64,000 nucleotides of DNA from Halobacteria archaeon (GTDB lineage: Archaea; Halobacteriota; Halobacteria; Halobacteriales; Halorutilaceae), in contig JBDGRN010000016.1 of assembly GCA_042218125.1 (NCBI GenBank), positions 3,408-67,407 of the forward strand, read 5' to 3'. Shown here piece after piece: positions 9,485-18,773 of the stretch. The stretch's first letter is position 1; each line of letters starts with the position of its first letter. The position numbers and the translations under genes were made by a program. The notes beneath the pieces are model-generated. The model was given only the letters and a program-made list of their open reading frames with translations. It was not told where the DNA came from and did not search any database.

Positions 9485-9609
9485 TTTTTTCGGGCATTTT
9501 TAAACGCAGGTTATTTGAGTTGATTTGGATCCCGAAAACCAAGGATCGTGTTATATCCAGATTATCAAAGATATCGAAAAACTGTGCGTTTAAAAATGGC
9601 CCTTTTTTC
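9485..9609. mobile_element. MITE-like insertion: 111-bp element (9492-9602) with imperfect about 19-bp terminal inverted repeats, flanked by a 7-bp direct duplication TTTTTTC
   Basis: The left end is GGGCATTTTTAAACGCAG (9492-9509). The reverse complement of the right end (9582-9602) is GGGCCATTTTTAAACGCACAG. TTTTTTC occurs at 9485-9491 and again at 9603-9609. The element has no ORF. Confidence 0.6.
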
Positions 9610-9723
9610 TGAATTAACTTTCTTTTGAAAATTTTTGAGAAATACAGGGGGTGATTATGAAATACCGGGTAGTCGGTAGAGAAACGGGAAAACTATTATA
9701 CCTCATAATTAGTTAAGTAAACG

Positions 9724-10323
9724 ATGAACGGCCAGGTCGGAAAGCTCGGGATGGTGATCAAGGACGAGAAATTCAACGCCATTATTTCCTGGCTGGTAAT
9801 TGTTTTCCTGGGAATTGTTTTTATCGTAAACATCTGGGAGGATCTGATCTTCAACGTATTTGTGGCGGGGGTAGGCGTTCTCATGCTGATACCTCCCGCC
9901 AAGAAGAGATCCTGGAAACAGATGCTGCCGTGGGAACTCGCTGTGGCTTCTATTCTACCTATTCTCGGAGGAAGCTTCAACCTCTGGTTCCTGTCCGACA
10001 GGTTCTACAGTTACTTCTCCCTCGCTGCAGCTGCGTTGATAGTATCCGTTGACCTTCATTACTTCACTGACGTCAGTATGTCCGAGGTTTTCGCGGTGTT
10101 CTTCGTCGGTGTAACCACTATTGCGGGCTCAGGCGTTTGGTCCCTAACTCTCTGGTTCTGGGATAACAGCTTTGGAACAAACTACCTCCCCAGCGAGCAG
10201 GCGTTCGCCTACAACGCCGTCTCCGCGATGTTCGCGGGACTGATAGCTGGGGCGGTGTTCTACATCTACCTCGACAGGGTGTCGGGATACCAGGCAAGAC
10301 TCGATGAGGGAGGTGGATACTGA
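9724..10323 (+). CDS. Polytopic membrane protein, unknown function
   Basis: 199-aa ORF with about 6 hydrophobic helices. Its stop overlaps the next start (TGATG). Confidence 0.6.
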   Translation: MNGQVGKLGMVIKDEKFNAIISWLVIVFLGIVFIVNIWEDLIFNVFVAGVGVLMLIPPAKKRSWKQMLPWELAVASILPILGGSFNLWFLSDRFYSYFSLAAAALIVSVDLHYFTDVSMSEVFAVFFVGVTTIAGSGVWSLTLWFWDNSFGTNYLPSEQAFAYNAVSAMFAGLIAGAVFYIYLDRVSGYQARLDEGGGY

Positions 10324-11009
10324 TGGGGGATGGAGGTATGGACAGCGATCGGCTTGAGGGCGAAAGTATGCTCGGGATGTCTCCCCGTACCCAGCTCTAC
10401 GTCGTCCGGGGTATGCAGCTACTTCTCGCGGGCGTAGCCGCCGCCGGTATTTACACAGGTAAGATGGGGGTCTTCGTAAACGGGGTATCGACGCTCGCTG
10501 TATCCTTCCTGCCCGGAGTTCTGAAACGTGACTACAAAATAACGATCCATCCCGGGCTGATGTTATGGGTTACCGCCGCGGTATTCCTGCACGCCGTCGG
10601 TGCCCTCGGTCCATACAAAACGGTATGGTGGTGGGATCACGTTACACACATGCTCTCCGCCTCACTGACGGCCGGCATCGGGTATATCGTCGCCAGGGGG
10701 CTCGAGCTGCATAGCCCGAAAGTCAGGATTCCGAACAGGTTCATGTTCGTCTTCATACTGCTTTTCGCGATGGCTGCGGGTGTGATCTGGGAGATATTCG
10801 AGTTCTACGCGTCGACCCTCTCCCAAGATCTGCTGGGGCAGAAAGTCGTGACAGTCTACGGTCTCGGCGACACTATGGAGGACCTCCTCTTCGACCTTAT
10901 GGGTGGCATCTTAGTAGCTCTATGGGGGACCATCTACCTCACCGACGTCGCGGGCGGAGTCTCGAACTACCTGGACGGCGCTTGGGGCAGAGGTTCAAAC
11001 AACGACTGA
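10323..11009 (+). CDS. Polytopic membrane protein, unknown function
   Basis: 228-aa ORF with several TM helices (WWWDHVTHMLSASLTAGIGYIV, VIWEIFEF). It is translationally coupled to the upstream ORF. Confidence 0.6.
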   Translation: MGDGGMDSDRLEGESMLGMSPRTQLYVVRGMQLLLAGVAAAGIYTGKMGVFVNGVSTLAVSFLPGVLKRDYKITIHPGLMLWVTAAVFLHAVGALGPYKTVWWWDHVTHMLSASLTAGIGYIVARGLELHSPKVRIPNRFMFVFILLFAMAAGVIWEIFEFYASTLSQDLLGQKVVTVYGLGDTMEDLLFDLMGGILVALWGTIYLTDVAGGVSNYLDGAWGRGSNND

Positions 11010-11085
11010 CTACAGCCTGTATCTCCGTCTGTCCGCCAACCATTTCCTGCATAAAAACTAACGGCTCAGTCGACTTTTATGATAT

Positions 11086-11646
11086 ATGGCACGTCTCTTT
11101 GTCTCCGTCGACCTACAGGACGAACTGTATCCCGAGATAAGACCGTTGAGACATCGTCTCAAGAAAACAAAGGCGGACCTCAATATGGTCGACCTCGAAA
11201 AAGTACATTTCACGCTAAAGTTCCTCGGAGATACAGATACCGAACACGTTGACGAAGTCGTGGAGGTTATGGAGAGTTCGACGGCAGATTCCCAAGTCTT
11301 CGAGTTGGAGGTTGCCGACGTAGGGGTTTTTCCGGCCAGGGACTACATAAGCGTGATCTGGGTGGGTGCAGAAAAGGGAACGTCGGAGCTAGAGAGTATA
11401 AACGAGGGACTCGAGGAGGGACTGGTGGCCCGTGGCCTCGCCGAACCCGAGGACCACGACTTTACGCCCCACGCAACCCTGGCGAGAATGAAGAGTGGAA
11501 GAGGGAAGAGTGAGATACACAAGTTCCTGGACGACTACGCAGGAGAACGGTTCGGCAGGTTCACCGTGGAGTCTATCGAACTCGTCGAAAGCAGTCTCGA
11601 GAGCGACGGTCCCGTGTACTCGACAGTTGAAACAGTCGATCTATAG
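11086..11646 (+). CDS. thpR: RNA 2',3'-cyclic phosphodiesterase (2H phosphoesterase, LigT/ThpR family)
   Basis: Two H-x-T-x motifs (HFTLKF and HATLAR) at the spacing typical of the 2H family. 186 aa. Confidence 0.85.
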   Translation: MARLFVSVDLQDELYPEIRPLRHRLKKTKADLNMVDLEKVHFTLKFLGDTDTEHVDEVVEVMESSTADSQVFELEVADVGVFPARDYISVIWVGAEKGTSELESINEGLEEGLVARGLAEPEDHDFTPHATLARMKSGRGKSEIHKFLDDYAGERFGRFTVESIELVESSLESDGPVYSTVETVDL

Positions 11647-11813
11647 TTTTATTTCGGGTAATCTGTTATTTCTCTAAAGAAAGTAAGCGACGGGATTTAA
11701 ACATCCACGGATTGGATGACTCGTGGCTTTTTAGTTCCCTCAACTAAGCACTCGGGTAGTTATATGGGTTTTTTTATTGTTGTATGGTTCAATTTTACAT
11801 CAAGCTGATATCT

Positions 11814-13295
11814 ATGGATCTGACCGATAACGAAAAGAGAGTCCTGTCCGCCCTCGCCGACGAGGAACGGATGGAGGTGGACGAGGTTGCGAGGGAGACA
11901 GGTGTGGGTGAGGGCCCGGCGGAACAGGCCTGCTATCTTTTGCAGGAGAAAGATCTTGCCGACGTAGAGGAGACGGTGGAGGAGAGATACGTAGCCACTG
12001 AGGAGGGCGTGAGATACGCCCGCGAGGGTTTACCTGAGACCCGTATATACAACTACGTCGTCGACAGCGGCGGCGAAGCCGAGATATCCGATCTCCAGAA
12101 GGAAGTCGACGACTTCGGCGTCGGTATGGGCCACGTCAAGAAGAAAGGCTGGGTCGATGTCGAGGGAGGGGTGCTTCACGCCAGAGACGACGAAACTTCC
12201 GACGACGTCCAGCAGGAGAGCCTGGAGGCGGTCGTTGAGGGCGACGGTATAGAGTCCGACCTGGGCGAAGAGTTAGCGGAGAGAAACCTGGTCGAACGTG
12301 AGACACGGAGACATGTAGAAGCCGAAGTTACCGGTGAGGGGGTCGGGATAGCCGGAGAAATTGATGTTGACTATACCGCCGAAACCGCCGGAAGACTCAC
12401 CAAGGAGATGCTGGAAACAGGAGACTGGCGGGAGGTCGAGTTCGAGAGCTACAACGTCGAGGCCGACGCCGAACCGGTTTTCGGCGGCAGGAAACATATA
12501 CTCCGTCAGGTCGCCGACAGGGTGAAGGAGGTTCTCACCAGCATGGGTTTCCGGGAGATGCGTGGACCACACGTCGACTCCGAGTTCTACATAAACGACT
12601 GTCTCTTCATGCCCCAGGACCATCCCGCCCGAACTCACTGGGACAAGTTCCTGATCGAGGACCCGACCCATATCGACGACCTCCCCGACGAGGAGGTCGA
12701 GAACGTAAGGAATGTCCACCTGGAGGGTGCGGAGGACGGCGAGGGATACCACAGCGAATGGAACCGTGACGTGGCCCGTCAGTTGAACCTCAGGGGACAC
12801 ACCACCAGCCTCACGACGCGTTACCTCTCCGACGGTCCGGAGCCGCCGCAGAGATACTTCGCGGTAAACAAGGTATACAGGAACGACACGATCGATCCCA
12901 CCCATCTCCTGGAGTTCTTCCAGATAGAGGGATGGGTTATGGCACGGGACCTCTCCGTCAGGGACCTGATGGGGACCTTCGTCGAGTTCTACCGCGAGTT
13001 CGGAATAACGGATCTCGAGTTCAAACCACACTACAACCCCTACACGGAGCCGAGTTTCGAGATCTTCGGCGAACACCCCGAGACGGGGGAGTTGATAGAG
13101 ATAGGTAACTCCGGGATGTTCCGGAGGGAGGTGCTTGAACCGCACGGGATTGATGACGACGTCGACGTTATCGCGTGGGGCTTGGCGCTCGAGAGACTGT
13201 TGATGTTGATGTATGGCTTCGAGGATATACGTGACGTACATGGAACTATGTGTGATCTTGAACTTCTGAGGGAGGTGCCTGTGCTATGGCAGTAG
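11814..13295 (+). CDS. pheS: Phenylalanine--tRNA ligase alpha subunit (archaeal type)
   Basis: Class II motifs (GMFRREVLEP, AWGLALERLLML) and a long archaeal N-terminal winged-helix region. The start was chosen at MDLTDNEKRVLSAL. Confidence 0.9.
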   Translation: MDLTDNEKRVLSALADEERMEVDEVARETGVGEGPAEQACYLLQEKDLADVEETVEERYVATEEGVRYAREGLPETRIYNYVVDSGGEAEISDLQKEVDDFGVGMGHVKKKGWVDVEGGVLHARDDETSDDVQQESLEAVVEGDGIESDLGEELAERNLVERETRRHVEAEVTGEGVGIAGEIDVDYTAETAGRLTKEMLETGDWREVEFESYNVEADAEPVFGGRKHILRQVADRVKEVLTSMGFREMRGPHVDSEFYINDCLFMPQDHPARTHWDKFLIEDPTHIDDLPDEEVENVRNVHLEGAEDGEGYHSEWNRDVARQLNLRGHTTSLTTRYLSDGPEPPQRYFAVNKVYRNDTIDPTHLLEFFQIEGWVMARDLSVRDLMGTFVEFYREFGITDLEFKPHYNPYTEPSFEIFGEHPETGELIEIGNSGMFRREVLEPHGIDDDVDVIAWGLALERLLMLMYGFEDIRDVHGTMCDLELLREVPVLWQ

Positions 13296-15085
13296 TGAAC
13301 GTCGATCCCGACGAACTGAGACGTCTGGTTGGAAGAGAGATGTCGAGGGACGAGATCAAGGAGGAGCTGTTCGGTCTCGGCGTCGAGTACGAAGGTGAGT
13401 CTGCGGACGGAGAGATGAAGTTCGAGGTCGTCCCGGACAGGCCCGACAGACTCTCGGTCGAGGGTCTGGCAAGGAGTCTACGGCTACAGCTCGGACTGGA
13501 GTCCGGCGTCTACGTACCCGACGTCCAGCCCAGCGACTACACGATAGAGGTCGATCCGTCTGTAGAGGACGTCCGACCCTACATCACGGGTGCGGTCGTG
13601 GAGAACGTCAACCTTTCGGGAGACACGCTCGACAGCATTATCCAGCTACAGGAGAAGCTCCACGCTACGCTGGGTCGCAGGAGGAACAAGGGAGCGATAG
13701 GTGTCCACGACCTCACGATGCTGAAAGGCAAGAAGATCAGGTACCGCGCGATAGAGCCCGGAGAGGACACATTTGTTCCGCTCGCCATCGGAAGCGAGGC
13801 GGAGGGTTCCGCGCTCGAGGAGATGACGCCGGAGGAGGTCATGGAGAGGCATCCCGTCGGGAGCGACTACGCAGATATACTGGAGGGCATGGAACGGGTA
13901 CCAGCGATCTACGACGCGATCGGGCTGTTCTCCTTCCCACCCGTCATTAACAGCAAGAGAACCGAGGTCACGGAGAACACCAGGGATCTCTTCATCGAGA
14001 TGACGGGTACCGATCAGTGGACGGTCGACAAGATGCTGAACGTCCTGATATACACCCTCGACTCCAGGGGATGTGATATAAAACGGGTGGACGTCAAGTA
14101 TCCCGGTAGGACGGAGCCGAAACCCGATCTATTCACAAAGGTCAAGGCGGTTAAACACGGAAGGATCGAGGATGTTTTGGGCGTCGAACTCGACGAGAAG
14201 GAGGTACGTGAACTCGTTGGCCGGGCGGGTTTGGACGTCGAAAACGTCAGGGGCTGTCCGGATGACGGGGAAGGAGACCTTGAGTACGATGTCCGGGTTC
14301 CGCCGTACAGAACCGACGTTATGCACCCCCTCGACGTAGTGGACGACGTCGGGAGGGCGTACGGATTTAACAGCCTCGAACCCCGGTATCCCGACGTATC
14401 TACGGTGGGGGGACTCTCGACCGAAACCAGGCTGGAGGACGCCGTGAGGGGACAGCTCGTAGGCCTGGGTTTCCAGGACCTCCTCAACTTCGTGCTCACA
14501 GACCCGTCGACGAACTACAGGGATATGAGGCTTGAGGAAGGAAGAGGCGACGTCGTGGAAGCTGTGGGTGGAGGGGAGGACGCAGAAGACGTAATGAGTG
14601 GAGAAGACGAAGGATATGGGTCCTCGGTAAACCAGGCGGGTGGCGTCCATATAGAGAATCCCTACAGCGAGGAGTTCAGCATGATGCGTTCCTGGCTGAC
14701 ACCCTCGCTGGTGGAGGTTCTGTCGAACAACACCCACCGGGAGTATCCGCAGAAACTCTCGGAGGTCGGCGTCTGTGCCACCAAGTCGGAGGATGAAAAC
14801 ACTGGGGTATCGGAGGACGTACACGCCGCCGCCGTCGTCTGTGGCGCGGATGCGGGATACGAGAACGTCAAGTCGACTCTGAGTTCGCTGGTGGGGGACT
14901 TCGACTCGACTCTCGAAACCCCTGCGACGGAACATCCCTCGTATATACCCGGTAGGGTCGCCGACGTCGTAATCGATGGCGAGACTTGTGGCGTGATAGG
15001 CGAGATTCATCCCGAGGTCCTCGCGGAGAACGAGGTAAGGTTGCCGGCCGCGGGCTTCGAGTTCGGGATAGAGGAGCTACGGTAA
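13286..15085 (+). CDS. pheT: Phenylalanine--tRNA ligase beta subunit (archaeal type)
   Basis: 599-aa ORF that overlaps the pheS stop by 10 nt. It has the archaeal PheT layout (B1/B3-4/B5 and a catalytic-like C-terminus). Confidence 0.9.
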   Translation: MAVVNVDPDELRRLVGREMSRDEIKEELFGLGVEYEGESADGEMKFEVVPDRPDRLSVEGLARSLRLQLGLESGVYVPDVQPSDYTIEVDPSVEDVRPYITGAVVENVNLSGDTLDSIIQLQEKLHATLGRRRNKGAIGVHDLTMLKGKKIRYRAIEPGEDTFVPLAIGSEAEGSALEEMTPEEVMERHPVGSDYADILEGMERVPAIYDAIGLFSFPPVINSKRTEVTENTRDLFIEMTGTDQWTVDKMLNVLIYTLDSRGCDIKRVDVKYPGRTEPKPDLFTKVKAVKHGRIEDVLGVELDEKEVRELVGRAGLDVENVRGCPDDGEGDLEYDVRVPPYRTDVMHPLDVVDDVGRAYGFNSLEPRYPDVSTVGGLSTETRLEDAVRGQLVGLGFQDLLNFVLTDPSTNYRDMRLEEGRGDVVEAVGGGEDAEDVMSGEDEGYGSSVNQAGGVHIENPYSEEFSMMRSWLTPSLVEVLSNNTHREYPQKLSEVGVCATKSEDENTGVSEDVHAAAVVCGADAGYENVKSTLSSLVGDFDSTLETPATEHPSYIPGRVADVVIDGETCGVIGEIHPEVLAENEVRLPAAGFEFGIEELR

Positions 15086-15153
15086 ACAACGTGGTCTATC
15101 GTCGGTAAACTGTTGGGATACGGACTACGGCTATCCGGTTCGAGTTTTTAGCG

Positions 15154-15162
15154 TTTTTATAT
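15154..15162 (+). promoter_or_regulatory. Candidate archaeal TATA box (TTTTTATAT) for a leaderless transcript
   Basis: An AT-rich box centred about 28 nt upstream of the ATG at 15186. Confidence 0.3.
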
Positions 15163-15185
15163 CTTGAAACACGTATCTCCTGTCG

Positions 15186-15401
15186 ATGTCAGAAGTAGAG
15201 GAGAGACTCAGGGAACAGATCGAGGAGGACGTCTCGGGCGGAAACGTCGAATGTCCGGGTTGTGGAGCGACGGATTTAGAGCCCGAGGTCTGGGGTGTGG
15301 GGGATGTCCAGAAGGAACCGCGTGGAGCAGCGGTCTGCCGTGAATGCGGCGTAAGACTCAACATCCCTCTTTCTCTTGAGGACGTTCAGGAGCTACGGTA
15401 G
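15186..15401 (+). CDS. Small acidic zinc-ribbon protein
   Basis: 71 aa with CPGC...CREC. Its acidic composition matches the rest of the proteome. Confidence 0.5.
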   Translation: MSEVEERLREQIEEDVSGGNVECPGCGATDLEPEVWGVGDVQKEPRGAAVCRECGVRLNIPLSLEDVQELR

Positions 15402-15583
15402 AGTAAAAAGTAACTATAGGTCCTGTAATGAGTTTTCATGGTTTTAGCTTCTTCAGAAATACATTCCCATTTACACCTTTAATTATATAGCTTGATGGAG
15501 GAAAACCTACGGTGGTGGTTGGGTAAAACCGTCAAACTTCGGAACGCAAGCTTTCTACCACATCCACGTTATACATCCAGTAA

Positions 15584-16531
15584 ATGAAGACAGAGATATC
15601 GGGTGTCGAGTTCGGGAACCCCGTTCTTCTGGCGTCAGGGATACTGGGTTCGACGGGGGAGTCGCTGAACCGCGCCCTCAGGAACGGTGCGGGTGGCGTC
15701 GTTACCAAGAGCATCGGTCCGGAACCCCGTGAGGGACATCCGGGTCCCAACGTTTTCACCGAGGAGGCTTACGCCTTCAACGCCGTCGGACTTCCAAACC
15801 CGTCCAAGGAGTACGACGTTGAAGCCGAGAAGGTGGATGGTCCGATGGTGGTCAGTCTTTTCGCGGGTACCGGGGAGGCGTTCGCGGACCTCGCGGACCA
15901 TTTCGAGGAGTACGCCGACGTCCTCGAACTCAACGTCTCCTGTCCCCACGCCGAGGGATACGGCACCGACATAGGTGCCGATCCCGGGTTGACGCGGGAG
16001 GTTACCGAAGCAGTGGTTTCGGAGGTCGACGTACCTGTATGGGTCAAGATGACTCCGAACGTCACCGACGTAGCCGAGATAGGTAGGGCGGCGGAGGAAG
16101 CAGGGTGCGACGGACTGACGGCTATAAACACTGTGGAGGCGATGGCGATAGACGTCGAAACGGGTTATCCCGTACTGGGTAACGGTGTAGGTGGACTCAG
16201 TGGGAGTGCCGTCAAGCCGGTTGCGGTGCGTTGCGTCTACCAGCTTTACAGGGAGGTTGACGTACCCATCGTCGGCGTCGGCGGCGTATCTTCAGCGGAG
16301 GACGCAGTCGAACTGATGCACGCTGGGGCTTCGGCGGTACAGGTGGGTACCGCGGTCCAGGACGGCGTCGAAGTCTTGGGGGAGATAGCCGACGGTATCG
16401 AGGGCTACCTACGGGAACACTACATGGAGTACGACGAACTCGTGGGTAGAACACACCGAGTCCTGGAGGACGAAGCCCGAGAAACCGAGTTCCCCGACGA
16501 AGATGAAAACCCCGGAGGTGGTGAAGTATGA
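15584..16531 (+). CDS. pyrD: Dihydroorotate dehydrogenase, class 1B catalytic subunit
   Basis: TIM-barrel DHODH motifs (LNVSCPH, GGVSSAEDAVELMHAGASAVQVGTA). It is followed by the overlapping pyrK gene. Confidence 0.9.
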   Translation: MKTEISGVEFGNPVLLASGILGSTGESLNRALRNGAGGVVTKSIGPEPREGHPGPNVFTEEAYAFNAVGLPNPSKEYDVEAEKVDGPMVVSLFAGTGEAFADLADHFEEYADVLELNVSCPHAEGYGTDIGADPGLTREVTEAVVSEVDVPVWVKMTPNVTDVAEIGRAAEEAGCDGLTAINTVEAMAIDVETGYPVLGNGVGGLSGSAVKPVAVRCVYQLYREVDVPIVGVGGVSSAEDAVELMHAGASAVQVGTAVQDGVEVLGEIADGIEGYLREHYMEYDELVGRTHRVLEDEARETEFPDEDENPGGGEV

Positions 16532-17286
16532 GGCCCGACGTACTCCGAGTAAGGGAAGTGGTGGACGAGGGACCAGGTATCAGAACGGTTTTCTGGAAAC
16601 GTGAATACGACGTCGAGGCGGGGGAGTTCGGTATGTTCTGGATCCCCGGAGTAGACGAGGTACCGATGAGTTTCGCATATCCCGACGGCATCACCGTTAG
16701 AGGCATAGGTGAAGCCACCCGTGCGATTAACTCGCTTGAACCGGGGGACAGGTTAGGCGTAAGAGGTCCTTTCGGAACGACGTTCGAACCTCCCGACAAG
16801 GGGGACGACGTGGTTATCGTCGGCGGAGGAACCGGAATGGCTCCCGTTGCACTCCTTACCGAGGAGGCGAGTATGGCGGGTGCCGATGTTACGACGTTGA
16901 TCGGTGCCGCGACAGAGGAGGAACTGATATTCGAGGGCCGTCTCTCCGAACACGCCGACGTCCGTGTCGCGACCGAGGACGGTTCCAAGGGACACGAGGG
17001 ATACGTCACCGAACTCCTGGACGATCACCGCGACGCCGACTACGTGGCTTCATGTGGCCCGGAACCCATGATGGCGAAGGTTCTCGACAGGTACGACTCT
17101 TCCAGAGTACAGGTCAGTCTCGAAAGATACATGAAATGCGGTATCGGTATCTGTGGTTCCTGCTGTATAGACGATACAGGTTCGCCGGTCTGTACCGACG
17201 GACCCGTCTACAGGGGAACCGAGGTGGAGGGCGGTGAGTTCGGTGTCTACCACAGGGATGCGGCGTCGAGAATAGACCGTTTTTAA
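16528..17286 (+). CDS. pyrK: Dihydroorotate dehydrogenase electron-transfer subunit (FAD/2Fe-2S)
   Basis: GGGTGMAPV nucleotide-binding motif and C-terminal cluster motif CGIGICGSCC. An ATGA overlap joins it to pyrD. Confidence 0.9.
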   Translation: MRPDVLRVREVVDEGPGIRTVFWKREYDVEAGEFGMFWIPGVDEVPMSFAYPDGITVRGIGEATRAINSLEPGDRLGVRGPFGTTFEPPDKGDDVVIVGGGTGMAPVALLTEEASMAGADVTTLIGAATEEELIFEGRLSEHADVRVATEDGSKGHEGYVTELLDDHRDADYVASCGPEPMMAKVLDRYDSSRVQVSLERYMKCGIGICGSCCIDDTGSPVCTDGPVYRGTEVEGGEFGVYHRDAASRIDRF

Positions 17287-17356
17287 ATTCCGAGATCCCA
17301 TTTCGGGTTAAACTTTTTATAAGCGTTTAAACATTGAAGCCGATCTATTTTATTAT

Positions 17357-18079
17357 ATGCTGAAAGCACGTTTCAGGAACGGAGAAGGGCTGGAAACCGG
17401 CGAAGTTGTCGGTGAGGAGATAGAGTTCGACGGCGAGTCGTTGCACGTCGACTCAGTGGACGTGCAGCCGCCGAGCGACCCGTCTAAGGTAGTCTGCGTC
17501 GGAAAGAACTACCGTGACCATGCCCGGGAACTTGACACCACTGTTCCGGATTTCCCTCTGCTTTTTCTTAAACCTCCTTCAAGCGTCATAGGTGCTTTCG
17601 ACGAAATCATCTATCCTGATAGCACCGTAAACCTCCATTACGAGGGTGAACTTGCCCTGGTTATCGGGGAGGACTGCAGAGGCGTCGAGGAGTCCGATGC
17701 TCTTGATTACGTCGCGGGGTACACCTGTCTAAACGACGTGACGGCACGTGACTGGCAGGACAGGGAGAACCAGTGGACGAGGGCGAAAGGAATGGATACG
17801 TTCTGCCCTATCGGTCCTTACCTACAGACGGATCTGTCGGAGATAGGTGACAGGGACGTGATAACCCGGGTGAACGGCGAGGAGGTTCAGCGGTCGAACA
17901 CCCAGAAGATGGTGTTCTCGCCACGTGAACTCGTGTCGGAGGTTTCTGAGTACATGACTCTACGTGAGGGTGATATCCTCGCAACCGGAACGCCGGAGGG
18001 AGTGGGGGCCCTCGAAAGAGGTGACGTCGTCGGCGTCGAGGTTGAGGGTGCCGGCACGCTTTTGAACGAAGTCGTATAG
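17357..18079 (+). CDS. Fumarylacetoacetate hydrolase (FAH) family protein
   Basis: VCVGKNYRDHARE, YEGELALVIG and GDILATGTPEGVG are typical of the FAH / 2-keto-4-pentenoate hydratase family. Confidence 0.85.
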   Translation: MLKARFRNGEGLETGEVVGEEIEFDGESLHVDSVDVQPPSDPSKVVCVGKNYRDHARELDTTVPDFPLLFLKPPSSVIGAFDEIIYPDSTVNLHYEGELALVIGEDCRGVEESDALDYVAGYTCLNDVTARDWQDRENQWTRAKGMDTFCPIGPYLQTDLSEIGDRDVITRVNGEEVQRSNTQKMVFSPRELVSEVSEYMTLREGDILATGTPEGVGALERGDVVGVEVEGAGTLLNEVV

Positions 18080-18165
18080 ATCCACGGTAAAAACCGGCTA
18101 CTTTCGATCGAAAGGAAACCGGTAATCTTTGTAAAAAACTAAGTCAAAAGTCCGTCTTCTGTTCT

Positions 18166-18432
18166 CTATACTCTACCGACGTTTTCGACCGTAACGCTCT
18201 CGACTTTTTCTAACTGGCTTAGGGAGTCCTCTACTTCCTCGGTTCCCCCCTCCTCGTCGGCTATCATGACGTTGACGAGTAGTGCCGTTAGCCCGAACGC
18301 CACCTCTTCACGTTTGATCGCGCTAAGTTCGGCTTTTTCGGTGACGTTTGACGTTATCTCCTCCTCTAGCACGTCGAGATCCAGGTCCTTGTCAGTCGGC
18401 ATTACCTTGAGTTCAGCTACTACTTTCCCCAT
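18166..18432 (-). CDS. Elongation factor aEF-1 beta
   Basis: 88 aa, MGKVVAELKVMPTD...VESVTVENVGRV, the typical archaeal EF-1beta length and sequence. Confidence 0.9.
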   Translation of the reverse strand: MGKVVAELKVMPTDKDLDLDVLEEEITSNVTEKAELSAIKREEVAFGLTALLVNVMIADEEGGTEEVEDSLSQLEKVESVTVENVGRV

Positions 18433-18443
18433 ACTCGTTCACC

Positions 18444-18623
18444 TCAGGGTCCCGTAAACCCACAGTCGGGGCATTTATATAGATTGCTCTGGTTTCTGCA
18501 CTTACTGCATCTCTTTATATTGTAGCCACATTCGGGGCATGGAAACTGGGTAAATCCCGCGCCTGCTATGTTGATGCCGCAGGAGATACACCGTTTCCTC
18601 TTGGTGGTGTCTGTCTCGCTCAT
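18444..18623 (-). CDS. Small multi-zinc-finger protein (HVO_2753/DUF1610-like, four CxxC knuckles)
   Basis: My own translation gives [59 protein letters not shown] (59 aa). It is below the ORF-track size cutoff. It ends 11 nt upstream of the aEF-1beta start, a conserved archaeal gene pair. Confidence 0.8.
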   Translation of the reverse strand: MSETDTTKRKRCISCGINIAGAGFTQFPCPECGYNIKRCSKCRNQSNLYKCPDCGFTGP

Positions 18624-18738
18624 TTTTATTGGATATCACGCCACCATCCATAAGAGTTGCTTTCTTGGGAGTTCCTGTACTCTCTCGAGACACGTTTCAA
18701 GGGGAGTGAAATTACTGCAGGTAATAATTAAATTAGCA

Positions 18739-18749
18739 AATATTATAAG
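18739..18749 (+). promoter_or_regulatory. Candidate TATA box (AATATTATAAG) upstream of thrC
   Basis: An AT-rich box centred about 30 nt upstream of the ATG at 18774. Confidence 0.3.
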
Positions 18750-18773
18750 AATGCATTTGTATGTTATACAGTA

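Noticed and set aside
12273-13241. 322-aa ORF antisense to pheS. Similar long antisense ORFs occur at 14129..15010 (opposite pheT), 16212..17009 (pyrD/pyrK), 35899..36564 (valS) and 46756..47370 (radical SAM gene).
   Set aside because: Each lies wholly inside a confidently identified gene on the other strand. Their translations are R/V/L/P-rich and non-acidic, unlike the real proteome. GAC/GAG/GTC-rich coding sequence naturally lacks stops on the antisense strand.
18502-18693. 63-aa minus-strand ORF from the track, upstream of aEF-1beta.
   Set aside because: It is basic and motif-less, and it overlaps in a different frame the 59-aa four-zinc-knuckle ORF (18444..18623), which fits a conserved archaeal gene pair.
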